64,000 nt of DNA from a virus (taxonomy: Duplodnaviria; Caudoviricetes): positions 5,998 to 69,997 of IMG/VR virus record IMGVR_UViG_3300028603_000041. The stretch is one strand, 5' to 3'. Below, piece after piece: positions 35,438-45,888 of the stretch. The first letter of the stretch is position 1; every line of letters starts with the position of its first letter. The translations under genes were made by a program, and so were the position numbers. Under the pieces are notes generated by a model, which ran no database searches, was not told where the DNA came from, and saw nothing but the letters and a program-made list of their open reading frames with translations.

Positions 35438-36875
35438 CCAAACGTTCCAACCACTAACGGCGAATATAGACACCGCCCAGGCTAAGATCAAAACCTACAA
35501 AAAGCGACAATACTATGTTGCCCCGGTTACCATGATTGCCGCCCCTATCGTCATGAATGATCTACTGTATTCGGTGGATGAGGTGAGCAAGTTTCCTGGA
35601 GCGTGGAACGGGCGCCCAGTCACCTTGTTCCATCCCAAGGGGAGTGATGGGGATTACATCTCAGCCAATGATGAATCTGTGGCAGAGGATGTCCATCTTG
35701 GTATCCTCCGCAACACGAAGTTCACTGATGAAGCCAAGCTGATTGCAGAAGCCTGGGTAGATATTGAGCATACCAGAACCACTCGCCCTGAGGTACTGGA
35801 GTATTACGAGGGGAAGAAGCAGGGACTAGAGGTCAGCACCGGGCTCTGGGGGGATATTCAGACAGTCAGTGGGGAGCTGGATGGGGTCAAATACTCAGGG
35901 GTTATGATGAACTTCCGGCCGGATCACTTGGCTCTGCTGCCCGGCGGTGAGGGGGCGTGTAACTGGGAGGATGGATGTGGGCTAAGAGCAAATGAAGAAC
36001 CTGAATCTGGTTTTACCAAATTCTTCGATAACTCCATGTCGGATGATGAAGTCAGAAAAGCACTTATCCAAGCCCTTGATACTAAACGCTCCAAAGGCGT
36101 AGATGTCTACATTGAGGCCATCTATCAGAAGGAAAAGAAAGTCATTTACGAGGAGAACAGATACGAAGGCTCACGGCGTTACTCCAGGTTATTCCGGGTT
36201 TCGTATGAGATTGATAAAAACGGTTCTGCCACGTTTGGGACAGACGCCGAAGAGGTGAGAAGAAAAGTCACCTATGAGACCATAAAGACCAATGAAAAGG
36301 AGATCAGTACAATGAGTGACAAAATCAAGGCAAAAGTGGATGCCCTCATCGCCTGCGAGCGCTGTAGGTTTGGGGAGAAGGACCGGGAGTGGCTTATGAC
36401 TCTGAACGAGGAGCAATTGGAACTGGTCACTCCCCCGGACAATGTGGTGGTGTTGGAGGAGCCCAAACCCAACCAACAGCAGCCCAAGAATGAAGATTCT
36501 AAGCCGGATCAGCAGCAACCGATTACCGCCGAGTCCTGGCTGATGAACCAGAAAGACATGCCGAAGGAAGTGGCAGACACCATTCTGGAGGGCCTGGCTC
36601 ACAATCACCTGCTGCGGGCTGAGCTGATTGAAAACATCAGCAAGAATCCCCGCAACAAGTTCACCGCAGAGCAGCTTCAGACCATGAACACCAATACCCT
36701 GAAGAACCTGTCTGCTCTGGCGGATGATCCTAAGCCCGATACCAACCAGCAGCCCCAGGGGTTTTTCGGCATGAAGCCTTTCACTAACCTGGGCCAGGAC
36801 CAAAAGCCCAAAGACCCTGAGCCCTTGGTGGTGCAATCCCTCGCCGAGGCTTGTAAGGAGAGCAGGAAGAGATAA
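35430..36875 (+). CDS. prohead protease/scaffold (DUF2213-like)
   Basis: WNGRPVTLFHP, EVSTG, RPDHLALL, GAC..EDGCG, followed by a coiled scaffold region. Confidence 0.82.
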   Translation: MNNQTFQPLTANIDTAQAKIKTYKKRQYYVAPVTMIAAPIVMNDLLYSVDEVSKFPGAWNGRPVTLFHPKGSDGDYISANDESVAEDVHLGILRNTKFTDEAKLIAEAWVDIEHTRTTRPEVLEYYEGKKQGLEVSTGLWGDIQTVSGELDGVKYSGVMMNFRPDHLALLPGGEGACNWEDGCGLRANEEPESGFTKFFDNSMSDDEVRKALIQALDTKRSKGVDVYIEAIYQKEKKVIYEENRYEGSRRYSRLFRVSYEIDKNGSATFGTDAEEVRRKVTYETIKTNEKEISTMSDKIKAKVDALIACERCRFGEKDREWLMTLNEEQLELVTPPDNVVVLEEPKPNQQQPKNEDSKPDQQQPITAESWLMNQKDMPKEVADTILEGLAHNHLLRAELIENISKNPRNKFTAEQLQTMNTNTLKNLSALADDPKPDTNQQPQGFFGMKPFTNLGQDQKPKDPEPLVVQSLAEACKESRKR

Positions 36876-36931
36876 CAAATCGGCAGTTTAGCCTGTCTGA
36901 TGAAAACATTTCATTTAGGAGGGTTTAAGAG

Positions 36932-37402
36932 ATGAGTGCGTACAGCTACAAAACGATTTTCTTGAAAGGTCAGGAGTTCTCGCCTTCCGAGGAGGCTCCG
37001 GCAGGTGAGTCCGGGATTTATCCTGGCATGTTTCTCAAGTTCACCTCGGATGGGGATTTTGAGCTGCAGGATGAGTCTGAGGTTCCTGGTCCTTTGCTGG
37101 TTGCGGTAGAGGACGACAAAGAGGGTGGCACTATCGACACCGTTTATATTAGTGGCCGGCAGGTAACGGCTCGCTGGGTGTCGATTGGTGCAGAAGTGTT
37201 TGCTTATCTGGCACCGGGCCACAGCGTTACCAAAGGCACCAGCTTGCTGAGCTTTGCCGGGTACGAGAGCCCTGGAGCCTTGGGCGCTGCTGAGCATACC
37301 AGTGCCGACAAAGGCAGCGGTGCAAACTTCGTGGCGAAAGAAACCGTGGACAACTCTACTGGCTCTACCGCAGTGCGGATCGTGGCCCAGAGAATCAGAT
37401 AA
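36932..37402 (+). CDS. head decoration/cement protein
   Basis: located between scaffold and MCP; GIYPGMFL. Confidence 0.65.
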   Translation: MSAYSYKTIFLKGQEFSPSEEAPAGESGIYPGMFLKFTSDGDFELQDESEVPGPLLVAVEDDKEGGTIDTVYISGRQVTARWVSIGAEVFAYLAPGHSVTKGTSLLSFAGYESPGALGAAEHTSADKGSGANFVAKETVDNSTGSTAVRIVAQRIR

Positions 37403-37449
37403 TCAGGGCTAATACGGCCCCAGAACATATTGAAGGAGGGTTTAAAGAG

Positions 37450-38664
37450 ATGAGTGGACAAGCGAGTTTGGTGGCTCAGCCCTATGTGGTGAATGCCCGG
37501 TCTGGAGCATGGAGCCCTGGCACTGACCAGCTCATGAACACCATGAGCCCTATGCTGGCCAACAACCTGATGAGGTTCGGTATGAACCATCAGGCGTTGC
37601 GCCCCTGGGTGAACATGGATCAGCAGCAGGCAGTGATCCAGGCCAACCTGAAAGAGCTGGAGCTGATGGCGAATGACCTCGGCCTTGACACAGACAACTT
37701 GTTCAAGGGTGTTGAGGCGTTCATTACCATTAACAAGAAGAACTACCGAGTCAATGCGGCCACGCTGCTCAAGGATGAGTGGAAGCTGTATGACGATGTG
37801 GTGCTGATGGTGGCTCAGGAGCGTCTTGTGGCGGTTGGGGATGTGCTGGCCAAAGGGCTGGTGCTGAACGTGCCTAATGCTCTGGGTACCACCGTGCTTG
37901 AGTATGAGGACATGACCCACCCTGGAGAGGCGGTTATGAGTATGGACGCCATCACCAGGGGTAGAAGTGACCGGCCTGAGTTCACGATGAACTACCTGCC
38001 GCTCCCGATCATCCATGATGACTTTAGCCTGACCATTCGGGCTCTGACGGCATCGAGGAAGCGGGGCACGGCACTGGATACCTTGCGGGCGGCTGCGGCA
38101 AGCCGGAATGTGTCTGAGTACATCGAGAATATGTTCTTCAACGGGCCTGCCGGTACTGCAACTGCTGCTACTTTTGTTTATGGTGGTGGTACCATTTACG
38201 GATGCCGTAACTTCACTGGCTGCAACACCTATACCACTATGGCGGACTGGGGAAGCTCCGGCATCACCGGGACAGAAGTCCTGAAGGACTTGCTCAACAT
38301 GAAGCAGCTCTTGATCGACGACAAGCACTACGGGCCGTATGGTGTGTATATTCCAACCGCATACGAAACCGTGCTCGATGATGAATTCAAGACCTCCAGC
38401 GACAAGCCGATCCGGCAGCGGATGCTTGAGATCAGCGGGATTGAGTTTATCAAAGTCGCAGACAAGCTACCGGATGACAACGTTATCATGATCGAGATGA
38501 AGCCGGAAACGGTGCGGATGGTGGTAGGGTTCCAGCCCATGATGCTTGAGTGGCAGGCTATGGGCGGAATGCAGTTCGAGTATAAGGTGATGGCCATTAT
38601 GGTTCCTCAGTTCCGCAGTGACTCCAGCGGTCAGTGCGGCATTGTGCTTGGCACCACCAGCTAA
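37450..38664 (+). CDS. major capsid protein (HK97 fold, encapsulin/linocin-like subgroup)
   Basis: 404 aa, strong RBS, PLPIIHDDF, ENMFFNG, GPYGVYIP, VMAIMVPQFR. Confidence 0.88.
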   Translation: MSGQASLVAQPYVVNARSGAWSPGTDQLMNTMSPMLANNLMRFGMNHQALRPWVNMDQQQAVIQANLKELELMANDLGLDTDNLFKGVEAFITINKKNYRVNAATLLKDEWKLYDDVVLMVAQERLVAVGDVLAKGLVLNVPNALGTTVLEYEDMTHPGEAVMSMDAITRGRSDRPEFTMNYLPLPIIHDDFSLTIRALTASRKRGTALDTLRAAAASRNVSEYIENMFFNGPAGTATAATFVYGGGTIYGCRNFTGCNTYTTMADWGSSGITGTEVLKDLLNMKQLLIDDKHYGPYGVYIPTAYETVLDDEFKTSSDKPIRQRMLEISGIEFIKVADKLPDDNVIMIEMKPETVRMVVGFQPMMLEWQAMGGMQFEYKVMAIMVPQFRSDSSGQCGIVLGTTS

Positions 38665-38678
38665 CAGTGAGGCGCCCT

Positions 38679-38700
38679 GGCCGGGGGCAAATACCCGGCC
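38679..38700 (+). other. hairpin after the major capsid gene
   Basis: GGCCGGG / CCCGGCC stem, no U tract. Confidence 0.5.
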
Positions 38701-38724
38701 AACAAAAGGAGGGGAACACTTACC

Positions 38725-38970
38725 ATGCTGACTTACCGAAGAAAAGCAAAAAGCGGCAAGATGCACATGATGGACCGGAAGGGCGGGGCCAGGCAACGCA
38801 GAGCCTCCCTAAAGACCTTACGGCCCGGAGATGAGCTGACTGTAAACCGGGTTGAGGAACTTCCTGGCTATCCGTACTCGATGGATGGTTGGGAGTTGGT
38901 CGGGGAAGAGGCCGAGCCTATTAATGAGGAGCAACAGGTTACTACCCGCCGCACTAGGACAAGGAGCTAG
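38725..38970 (+). CDS. small basic hypothetical protein
   Basis: 81 aa with RBS GGAGGGG. Confidence 0.55.
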   Translation: MLTYRRKAKSGKMHMMDRKGGARQRRASLKTLRPGDELTVNRVEELPGYPYSMDGWELVGEEAEPINEEQQVTTRRTRTRS

Positions 38971-38975
38971 GTACC

Positions 38976-39617
38976 ATGAGCTGGGGGAAGGTACCCAAGC
39001 TGTTTGCCAGTGGCGGCAGGGCCTACGTGGTTGGTGGGGGACCATCGGCGGCTGACGTAGATTGGGAGAAGCTGCGCGGCAAGGCTGTTGTGGCTTGCAA
39101 CGCTGCAGGGTTCCTGTTACCGGAAGGAATAGTTAAGGCAACCGTGGTGGTTGATAAACGCTTTATGAACCTGTTCCGACCAAGGCTGCTCGCTATGGAT
39201 AGCCCAGTGTTTTATGCTCCAACCCCAGGCAGGCCGGTTGATGAAAAAAACGGTTATGCGGTTCACCTGAAACGCCTCCAGAGCCGGAAGTACTGGGGGA
39301 TAAGCGAGGACCCAGGCGTTGTCCGCTACAACCGGGGCTGCGGAGGCACGGCTATCAATATTGCTTACCTGATGGGGGCCAGGGAGCTGATACTGATAGG
39401 GTTTGATTGCTCTATCAGGCACGGATTCAACTGGCACAGGGAATACACCGATCTGATGAAGGCGGACAGGCTAGTCACTCCAGGCAGCGAGTATTATGTC
39501 GGGGTCAGTCTGGCGATGGAGAAGGTGAGAGAGGATCTGGAGCGGCTAGGGGTGCTGGTGTGGAACACTGTTAAGGGTACTCCCTTTAGCTACTGGCCCT
39601 TGGAGGACTTGCTGTGA
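38976..39617 (+). CDS. Maf/DUF115-like (sialyltransferase-like fold) putative glycosyltransferase
   Basis: VVGGGPS, VACNAA, GTAINIAYLMGA..LIGFD. Confidence 0.65.
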   Translation: MSWGKVPKLFASGGRAYVVGGGPSAADVDWEKLRGKAVVACNAAGFLLPEGIVKATVVVDKRFMNLFRPRLLAMDSPVFYAPTPGRPVDEKNGYAVHLKRLQSRKYWGISEDPGVVRYNRGCGGTAINIAYLMGARELILIGFDCSIRHGFNWHREYTDLMKADRLVTPGSEYYVGVSLAMEKVREDLERLGVLVWNTVKGTPFSYWPLEDLL

Positions 39618-40234
39618 TGTTCAGCCCTGACTGGATACATCTGGTGCTCCCGGAATACAGGCTGGCTTTCCTCCATGTGCCCAAGTGTGGAGGCACCACT
39701 GTTAAGCAGGCCATAGCTAAAGCGGTAGGGCTGGAGTTGAAAGAATTCAAGCGTTTTCGGCCAAGGTGGAGTAAGGAAAAGATTTTGCGGGAAGGCTCAG
39801 GGTTCCTGAAGTTTGCGGTAGTTCGCAACCCGTATGACCGGCTGGTTAGCTACTGGGAATATAATGTGCGGGGAGTGGGCTGTCACGAGTTTCCGAAGCA
39901 GATCGGGTTCAGGGAGATGGTTGGGGTAATCTGTAACGATATTGCGGAGCAAAGGCACGTGGATATTCATTACAGGCCCATCAGCCAGATCCTTACCGAC
40001 GATAGAGGGGAGCTGATCCCAGACATCATTCTGCAGTTGGAAACCTTGGAGCAGGAATGGACCTACCTGAGGAGAACGGTAGAAAAATTCTGCAGGCTCA
40101 CTTTGCCGTCCCACCTGGACCGGGCAAAGCGATCCGACAGGAAGCCCTATCAGCAGTATTATGACGATTACTTTGGGGCTTTGGTTTGGGAACGGTACCT
40201 GAGTGACTTCCTGGCTTTCGGTTATTCGTTCTGA
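39614..40234 (+). CDS. sulfotransferase (Sulfotransfer_2-like)
   Basis: 5'-PSB FLHVPKCGGTTV, 3'-PB VRNPYDRLVSYW, HYRP. Confidence 0.88.
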   Translation: MMFSPDWIHLVLPEYRLAFLHVPKCGGTTVKQAIAKAVGLELKEFKRFRPRWSKEKILREGSGFLKFAVVRNPYDRLVSYWEYNVRGVGCHEFPKQIGFREMVGVICNDIAEQRHVDIHYRPISQILTDDRGELIPDIILQLETLEQEWTYLRRTVEKFCRLTLPSHLDRAKRSDRKPYQQYYDDYFGALVWERYLSDFLAFGYSF

Positions 40235-40242
40235 GGTTATTT

Positions 40243-40959
40243 ATGGGGAAAACAATTGGATTAGGACAATCGAATAAGAAGTACGGAGGCTGGTTAGCCT
40301 GGTTCAGGCCGGAGATCCGGGATGAGTTTGACTCACTCCCTAGGTGTTACGAAGGCCAGACCGTGTTTGTGATAGGTGGAGGCCCTAGCATCAACCACCT
40401 GCCATTGAAGCTCATCCGCGACCGCCCGGTACTGGGGTGCAATGACGCCTTCCGGCTGGGGGATTGGGTGGATTGGCTGGTGTTTGCAGACAGGCGCTGG
40501 TGGATGTGGAACTGTGATGAGGTGGCAAAGTGGAAGAACCGGGAAAACGTGATCAGCCTGGTCCCTCAGCTCCTGGACGAGCGGGCGGAGAAATGGAACT
40601 GGCTATGGATACTACGGCGGGACGAGGCCCGGTTTGGCCTCTCTGTAGAGCAGGATACTGTCTGTTGGAATCGGGGCTGTGGTGGGGCTGCAATCAATGT
40701 CGCTTACTTGCTTGGAGCTTCCAGGGTGGTGCTGTTAGGATTTGATATGCAGATGTGGAAGGGCAAGCACAACTGGCATGATTACCACAGGGTTGAGGAG
40801 CGGCCACAGATATACCAGAATTCCATGATGCCGTTTCTCAAGCCGATGAGTGACGCAATGAAGGTTACGGGGTTGCAGATTTGCAATGCTACCCCTAAGA
40901 GTGCTCTGGATATATTTCCAGTCAAGCCGCTGGAGGAATTATTGGAGATGGGGTGGTGA
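40243..40959 (+). CDS. second Maf/DUF115-like putative glycosyltransferase
   Basis: VIGGGPS, LGCNDA, FADRRWW, GAAINVAYLLGA..LLGFDM; paralog of 38976-39617. Confidence 0.65.
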   Translation: MGKTIGLGQSNKKYGGWLAWFRPEIRDEFDSLPRCYEGQTVFVIGGGPSINHLPLKLIRDRPVLGCNDAFRLGDWVDWLVFADRRWWMWNCDEVAKWKNRENVISLVPQLLDERAEKWNWLWILRRDEARFGLSVEQDTVCWNRGCGGAAINVAYLLGASRVVLLGFDMQMWKGKHNWHDYHRVEERPQIYQNSMMPFLKPMSDAMKVTGLQICNATPKSALDIFPVKPLEELLEMGW

Positions 40960-41642
40960 GGATTTTTAACAGGACCAAACAACAGGAACCGATGCCTCAC
41001 TTTTACCGTACCATACCTGGCATGTTCCACTTCGCGGGGCTGTATCGCAGGGCAGTTGAAAGAGCCCCAGACCCAGCAATATTTGTTGAGATTGGGTGCC
41101 ATCTTGGTTGCTCCACGGCTTTCCTTGTGGTGGAAGCCCTTAATAGCGGCAAGGATATAACCATCTATGCGGTCGATCTGTGGGACAAGGAAAGTAAGTG
41201 GAAGGCTGGACCAGAGGATTTCCTTGGTTATCTCGGACATATGCCGAATGTTGTTCCTCTCCACATGCACAGCCAGGAGGCAGTGAGGCAGTTCGCTGAT
41301 GGTTCCCTGGACTTCATCTGGATAGATGGGAATCACAGGTACCCAGGCTGCTGGCTGGATATCCGCAGCTGGTGGCACCGGCTAAAGAGCGGTGGCTGGA
41401 TGGGTGGTGATGATCTCAATTACCACGGAGTAGCTAAGTCTGTGCGGCTGTTCTTTGGGGAGGAGTGCGTGGTGGACCACCCTAACGGGGCTTGGGCCAG
41501 GTATCAGGAAACATACCTGATTGAGCCTACCGGCCTCTGCAGGCCGGATGCAAGGCGCCTCTGCTGGTGGGTTAGGGATAAGGATGATAGCTGGAATCCC
41601 ACAGGTCTGCACAGGAAGGTAAGATGGCAAGGAAACGGATAA
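40953..41642 (+). CDS. SAM methyltransferase (Methyltransf_24-like)
   Basis: VEIGCHLGCS, FIWIDGNH, GGDD. Confidence 0.85.
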   Translation: MVRIFNRTKQQEPMPHFYRTIPGMFHFAGLYRRAVERAPDPAIFVEIGCHLGCSTAFLVVEALNSGKDITIYAVDLWDKESKWKAGPEDFLGYLGHMPNVVPLHMHSQEAVRQFADGSLDFIWIDGNHRYPGCWLDIRSWWHRLKSGGWMGGDDLNYHGVAKSVRLFFGEECVVDHPNGAWARYQETYLIEPTGLCRPDARRLCWWVRDKDDSWNPTGLHRKVRWQGNG

Positions 41643-42499
41643 CCAAAGCAGTGATCAAGGCTAAAGCCGATGAGCGAAAAAGGGCCTTGACCGAGCGAAT
41701 GATAGCGGCCGCAAAGAAGGCTGCTGAAGAGGAGAGGCGATTGGGGAAGACCATAAACGGTTTCCGCGTCCCCACAGTCATGAATGAGTGGCAGACCCTT
41801 TACCAGGTGCTGAACGGTAAGAGCTTGAGCCGCTACGGGGATGGAGAGCTAAAGCACATGGAAGGCAAGCGCAACGTCAGTCAGGTGTGGGTGGACACCT
41901 TGGCTGCAGCGCTCAAGGCCGTATTCCGCTCCAGAATGAAAAATCATCTGGTGGCTATCCCCAATGTTTACAGCGGCAGGTACTTTATCGATGTTAAAGA
42001 GGATTATGTGGATGCTATGCGGCGCCGGTTTCTCCGAATTTCCGACAATAAATACATCTATGGCTCAGCCTACGTAAGCCGTGGGGATATGAATGGTTAC
42101 ATGCAGTGGGCTAGTTATTGGGGGGTAGTGAGTGAGCTGTGGAGAGGTAGGGATGTGGTGCTGGTGCGCGGGGTGGCCAGGCGGGCAGCTCCCGATGGCA
42201 TGATGCTGCAGGCTCGCAACATAGCTCATGTGGAAACCCCGTCTGTCGGGGCCTGGGAGAAGTACCCGAGCATTTTTAAGGAGTGCCTGAAGCACGCCAA
42301 GTCTTCCATATTTCTGTTATGTGTTGGCCCAACAGCAACGGTGCTGGCGGCAGACCTGGCACAAAATGGCAGGTGGGCTGTGGATATTGGGCATCTTGGA
42401 CTGTTCTACAAAAAGTGGGGGATTGAGTTCGACTACAACCCTCAGGTCTGGCACCACAGGCCGACCGATCCAGGCTATAAGCCGGGGAATCCATACTGA
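41624..42499 (+). CDS. GT-D fold glycosyltransferase (DUF1792-like)
   Basis: SLSRYGDGE, CVGPTATVLA, VDIGHL. Confidence 0.88.
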   Translation: MARKRITKAVIKAKADERKRALTERMIAAAKKAAEEERRLGKTINGFRVPTVMNEWQTLYQVLNGKSLSRYGDGELKHMEGKRNVSQVWVDTLAAALKAVFRSRMKNHLVAIPNVYSGRYFIDVKEDYVDAMRRRFLRISDNKYIYGSAYVSRGDMNGYMQWASYWGVVSELWRGRDVVLVRGVARRAAPDGMMLQARNIAHVETPSVGAWEKYPSIFKECLKHAKSSIFLLCVGPTATVLAADLAQNGRWAVDIGHLGLFYKKWGIEFDYNPQVWHHRPTDPGYKPGNPY

Positions 42500-43149
42500 T
42501 GCTGACTGTAGCTTGCGTGTGGATAAAGAGCGATACCTACCGGACCGAGGAATGGGTGCTGAAGCTTAGGAGCATGGTGGCTAGGCGTATGGGGATGATC
42601 CATCCATACCAGTTCATATGCATCACTAAAGAGGACCTTAGCCAGCACGGTATACCGACCGTTAAGCCGAGGATCAAAGTACCGGGCAACGTGCCTCTGT
42701 GGTGGCATAAGCTCAACCTGTTTTCGTTAGAGGCGCCTTGGGTGCTGTATTTTGATCTGGATGTGGTGCTGACTGGGCATTTAGGGGAACTGGTAGATTT
42801 TCCCTCTGACTTCTGCGTGGCTCCAAGCAATGGGGTTCCGATGCGAGGGCATGATTTCAACAGCTCGGTCATGATGTTCAGGACAGATTCGGACCAGGCC
42901 AGAATGGTGAAACATCTAGTGACCGATTCTCACGTACCGTTTACCAAGTTCGCCGGTGATCAGCAATGGTTGGCTTCATTGCCGATGCGGGTGGATTTGT
43001 TCCCAAGCAGATGGGTACATAAGTATCTGCCGGGCCAAGGGGTCTACTTACCGCCGGAAGGAACAAAAGTGGTGCTGATGATCCAGGGCGGCAAAAACAA
43101 GGTACTGTTGGAGGCTGGTCACGAATGGATCGGGGAGTACTGGAAATGA
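42499..43149 (+). CDS. GT-A fold glycosyltransferase (GT8-like)
   Basis: WWHKLNLF, YFDLDVV, FNSSVMMF, GDQQW. Confidence 0.8.
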   Translation: MLTVACVWIKSDTYRTEEWVLKLRSMVARRMGMIHPYQFICITKEDLSQHGIPTVKPRIKVPGNVPLWWHKLNLFSLEAPWVLYFDLDVVLTGHLGELVDFPSDFCVAPSNGVPMRGHDFNSSVMMFRTDSDQARMVKHLVTDSHVPFTKFAGDQQWLASLPMRVDLFPSRWVHKYLPGQGVYLPPEGTKVVLMIQGGKNKVLLEAGHEWIGEYWK

Positions 43150-43901
43150 TGACGTTGATCTATCCATATTACAATTCAGCCGGTATGCTGAAAAAGCAGC
43201 TGGAGGGATGGCTGGCTCTGCCGGATAAGGTGCTTGAGCAGATAGCGATTATTCTGATAGATGATTGCAGCCCCAAGACTCCAGCCATGCCAGTGCTGAA
43301 GAAGCACGGATTCCCGAATGCAGATTTCCCTCTCAGCCATTACCGGGTATTGAGGGACATACCGTGGAATCAACACGGCTGCAGAAACCTGGGAGCCAAG
43401 ATAGCTGAGGATGGCTGGTTGTTCCTGAGCGACATCGATCACGTGCTGCCAGTCGAAAGCATTGAGGGGTTGCTCTGTAGGGAGCTGGATCAGGGAAAGT
43501 TTTATACCCTGCAGAGAGTGACAGCGGTGAAAAAGGAGGACGGCAATCTCAAGTACGACCTCATGACAGATATTCACGGTAAGCCCAAGCCCCACCCCAA
43601 CACTTTCCTCGTCACTAGGGAGAAGTTCTGGGAGTGTGGTGGGTATGATGAGGACTACTGTGGTACGTACGGCGGGGACGGACCATTTTCCAGGGCTCTT
43701 GAGCGGGTGGCCAAGCGCGAGCACATACAGGAGCTTATGCTGATTCGCTGGACCAGGGATCAGATACCGGATGCCAGCCAGCCTCCGGAGTATCGGGAAA
43801 AGTACCGGAAGCTTTACCGCTCCAGGTTTGAAAACAAAGGCTGTAGCAGAGCAGAGAAACCGACTAGGCACATTAGATTTCAGTGGGAGAGAGTGTTTTG
43901 A
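43146..43901 (+). CDS. GT2/GT7-like glycosyltransferase
   Basis: IDDCS, WNQHGCRNLG, SDIDH, GGYDEDY..YGGD. Confidence 0.85.
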   Translation: MMTLIYPYYNSAGMLKKQLEGWLALPDKVLEQIAIILIDDCSPKTPAMPVLKKHGFPNADFPLSHYRVLRDIPWNQHGCRNLGAKIAEDGWLFLSDIDHVLPVESIEGLLCRELDQGKFYTLQRVTAVKKEDGNLKYDLMTDIHGKPKPHPNTFLVTREKFWECGGYDEDYCGTYGGDGPFSRALERVAKREHIQELMLIRWTRDQIPDASQPPEYREKYRKLYRSRFENKGCSRAEKPTRHIRFQWERVF

Positions 43902-44473
43902 AACGACACAGAGGCAGATACCCATACCCGCTGGTACACATACCAGGCTGGATGAATGGTCCTGAGCTGGAGTGGTTGTACCTCAGGGCCAGGGAGAATC
44001 AAGTGATTATTGAAGTCGGGTCTGCCTACGGCCGCTCTTCTCATGCGTTACTTGTCGGGAATTTTGAGTGCTTTGAATTCGGTGGTCGGGTGTATTGTGT
44101 GGATTACTGGCCGATGCCGATTAAGGGCGGTGGGGATGATAGCCTGTTCGATGAGCACAAGAAAGATCATGTTAGGAAGTCCACCTTTTTGCGGCGCCTC
44201 GGGCACTGGCCGAATCTTAACATAATTGAGCTGCCTCAGCACCTAGCCCACCCAGCCCTTAGCAGGCTGGAGGTTAACATGGTGTTTTTGGATGGCGGTA
44301 CAGCCAATATCAGGGAAGAACTGGGGTTGTGGAAGAAAGTCCCAAATAAGCTTCTGTGCGGTCATGATTACTGTGAGGAGAAGTACCCTGGGGTGGTGGA
44401 AGCGGTCGACGAGATACTGGGCAGGAAGCCGAGCGTGGTTGAGGGCGGTACGGTTTGGTATGCCTACAAATGA
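43883..44473 (+). CDS. SAM methyltransferase (Methyltransf_24-like)
   Basis: IEVGSAYGRS, VFLDGG, CGHDY. Confidence 0.82.
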   Translation: MGESVLKRHRGRYPYPLVHIPGWMNGPELEWLYLRARENQVIIEVGSAYGRSSHALLVGNFECFEFGGRVYCVDYWPMPIKGGGDDSLFDEHKKDHVRKSTFLRRLGHWPNLNIIELPQHLAHPALSRLEVNMVFLDGGTANIREELGLWKKVPNKLLCGHDYCEEKYPGVVEAVDEILGRKPSVVEGGTVWYAYK

Positions 44474-44480
44474 GGGGGAA

Positions 44481-45266
44481 ATGAGCAAAGAACCATTAAC
44501 CATAGTGTGCTGGAAGTGGTTACCCGAGCACAAAAGCAAGCACCCGGAGAAGCGAGCAGCATTTAGCTGTGAGCACGTGAACAGGCTTTACCGGATGCTG
44601 GAAAGGAACCTCACCAGGCCCTTTGAGCTGGTGTGCGTGACGGATAACCGGTGCGGGTTGGATAGCGCCGTTAGGACTCTCAACATCGACCGCCACTTTG
44701 GGGAGTACAAGGAGCTTGGGGGGTGTTATAGGAGACTCAAGGCATTCTCCCAGATGCCCGCTTTGGTGTGCTTCGGTAAGAGCTTCGTGAGCATGGACAT
44801 AGACGTTGTGATCACCGGGAACCTGGATGAGCTGCTGGTATGGGATGAGTTCAGGATCTGGGAGGATAAGTGGCGGCGCCGGACACCTTACTGCGGGAGT
44901 CTCTGGGCCATGAAAGCAGGAGCCAGAGAGAAGGTCTGGGAGGAGTTCAAGACGGACCCGGGAAAGGCGGTGCAGAAGGCAGCGGGGATGAAGTACATAG
45001 GCACAGACCAGGCTCATGTGTCCGCCTGCCTGTGGCCAGGTGAGCAGGTGTGGAGTATCCGGGATGGGGTTTACAATTTCAATACGCAGGTAAGACGTAG
45101 CCGCAGCCGGATAGTGATTGATGGGGATGGGAACAAAAAGCTGGATATCGGTAGACCTGGGGAGCTGCCGGAGGATGCGAAGATCGTGTTTTTCAACGGC
45201 AAATATGACCCTAGCCAAGTATGGCTGCAGAAGAAATATGACTGGATAGGGGATTTGTGGAGGTAG
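44481..45266 (+). CDS. GT-A fold glycosyltransferase (GT8-like)
   Basis: VCWKW, RRLKAF, MDIDVV, GTDQA, VFFNG; start ATG 44481. Confidence 0.8.
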   Translation: MSKEPLTIVCWKWLPEHKSKHPEKRAAFSCEHVNRLYRMLERNLTRPFELVCVTDNRCGLDSAVRTLNIDRHFGEYKELGGCYRRLKAFSQMPALVCFGKSFVSMDIDVVITGNLDELLVWDEFRIWEDKWRRRTPYCGSLWAMKAGAREKVWEEFKTDPGKAVQKAAGMKYIGTDQAHVSACLWPGEQVWSIRDGVYNFNTQVRRSRSRIVIDGDGNKKLDIGRPGELPEDAKIVFFNGKYDPSQVWLQKKYDWIGDLWR

Positions 45267-45269
45267 TAA

Positions 45270-45518
45270 ATGGGAATGGGAAGAGACTATAATTGTCATG
45301 ATAAGCTTGATACTAAAATTTGTCTTGATGAACTTTCCGAATCTGCAGATTACGGTCTCGGCCGTATTGCATACGAAGCATACTGTGCTACTACAGGTTG
45401 GAAAAGTGCTATTACGAATGCTGCTTTGCCCAAGTTTGATGACTGCCAGGAGCTGGTAAAGAAGGGATGGATAGCTGCGGCAAAAGCGGTACAAAAGGAA
45501 CTAGATTATGGGCAATGA
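45270..45518 (+). CDS. small hypothetical protein
   Basis: GRIAYEAY..W..AA. Confidence 0.55.
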   Translation: MGMGRDYNCHDKLDTKICLDELSESADYGLGRIAYEAYCATTGWKSAITNAALPKFDDCQELVKKGWIAAAKAVQKELDYGQ

Positions 45519-45888
45519 GCCCTACAAATGGCAACTCAACCCCAAGGCCTGCCTCAAGGAACTGGGCCGGATGGAGGATGATCCTGGTTACACCAAGACC
45601 ATCTGCGGCATTCACCGGGTCCTCTGGTCCTATATAAATATTGAGGCTGCAGGGCATCTACCAGAACCCATACGCCGTAGGATCAATGAGCTGCTGGAAG
45701 AGTGCTTCAGGATGGGGAAGCGGATGGACTACCGGCTAAAACAGTACTTTGCGGCCACTGGCGGGCAGATACCGGATGGGGTGGAATGGGAGCCTGGGAA
45801 CAAGTTGAGCGAAAGGATGCAGGCGGAGGTTAATTTCCCCAAGTCTCCGACCAAAACAAAGCAGGAAAAGAGGAGCGGCAAGAAGTGA
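45508..45888 (+). CDS. hypothetical protein
   Basis: 126-aa coupled ORF. Confidence 0.55.
   Translation: MGNEPYKWQLNPKACLKELGRMEDDPGYTKTICGIHRVLWSYINIEAAGHLPEPIRRRINELLEECFRMGKRMDYRLKQYFAATGGQIPDGVEWEPGNKLSERMQAEVNFPKSPTKTKQEKRSGKK

Noticed and set aside
37450-38664. Cellular encapsulin nanocompartment operon
   Set aside because: Embedded among terminase, portal, protease, neck and tail genes.
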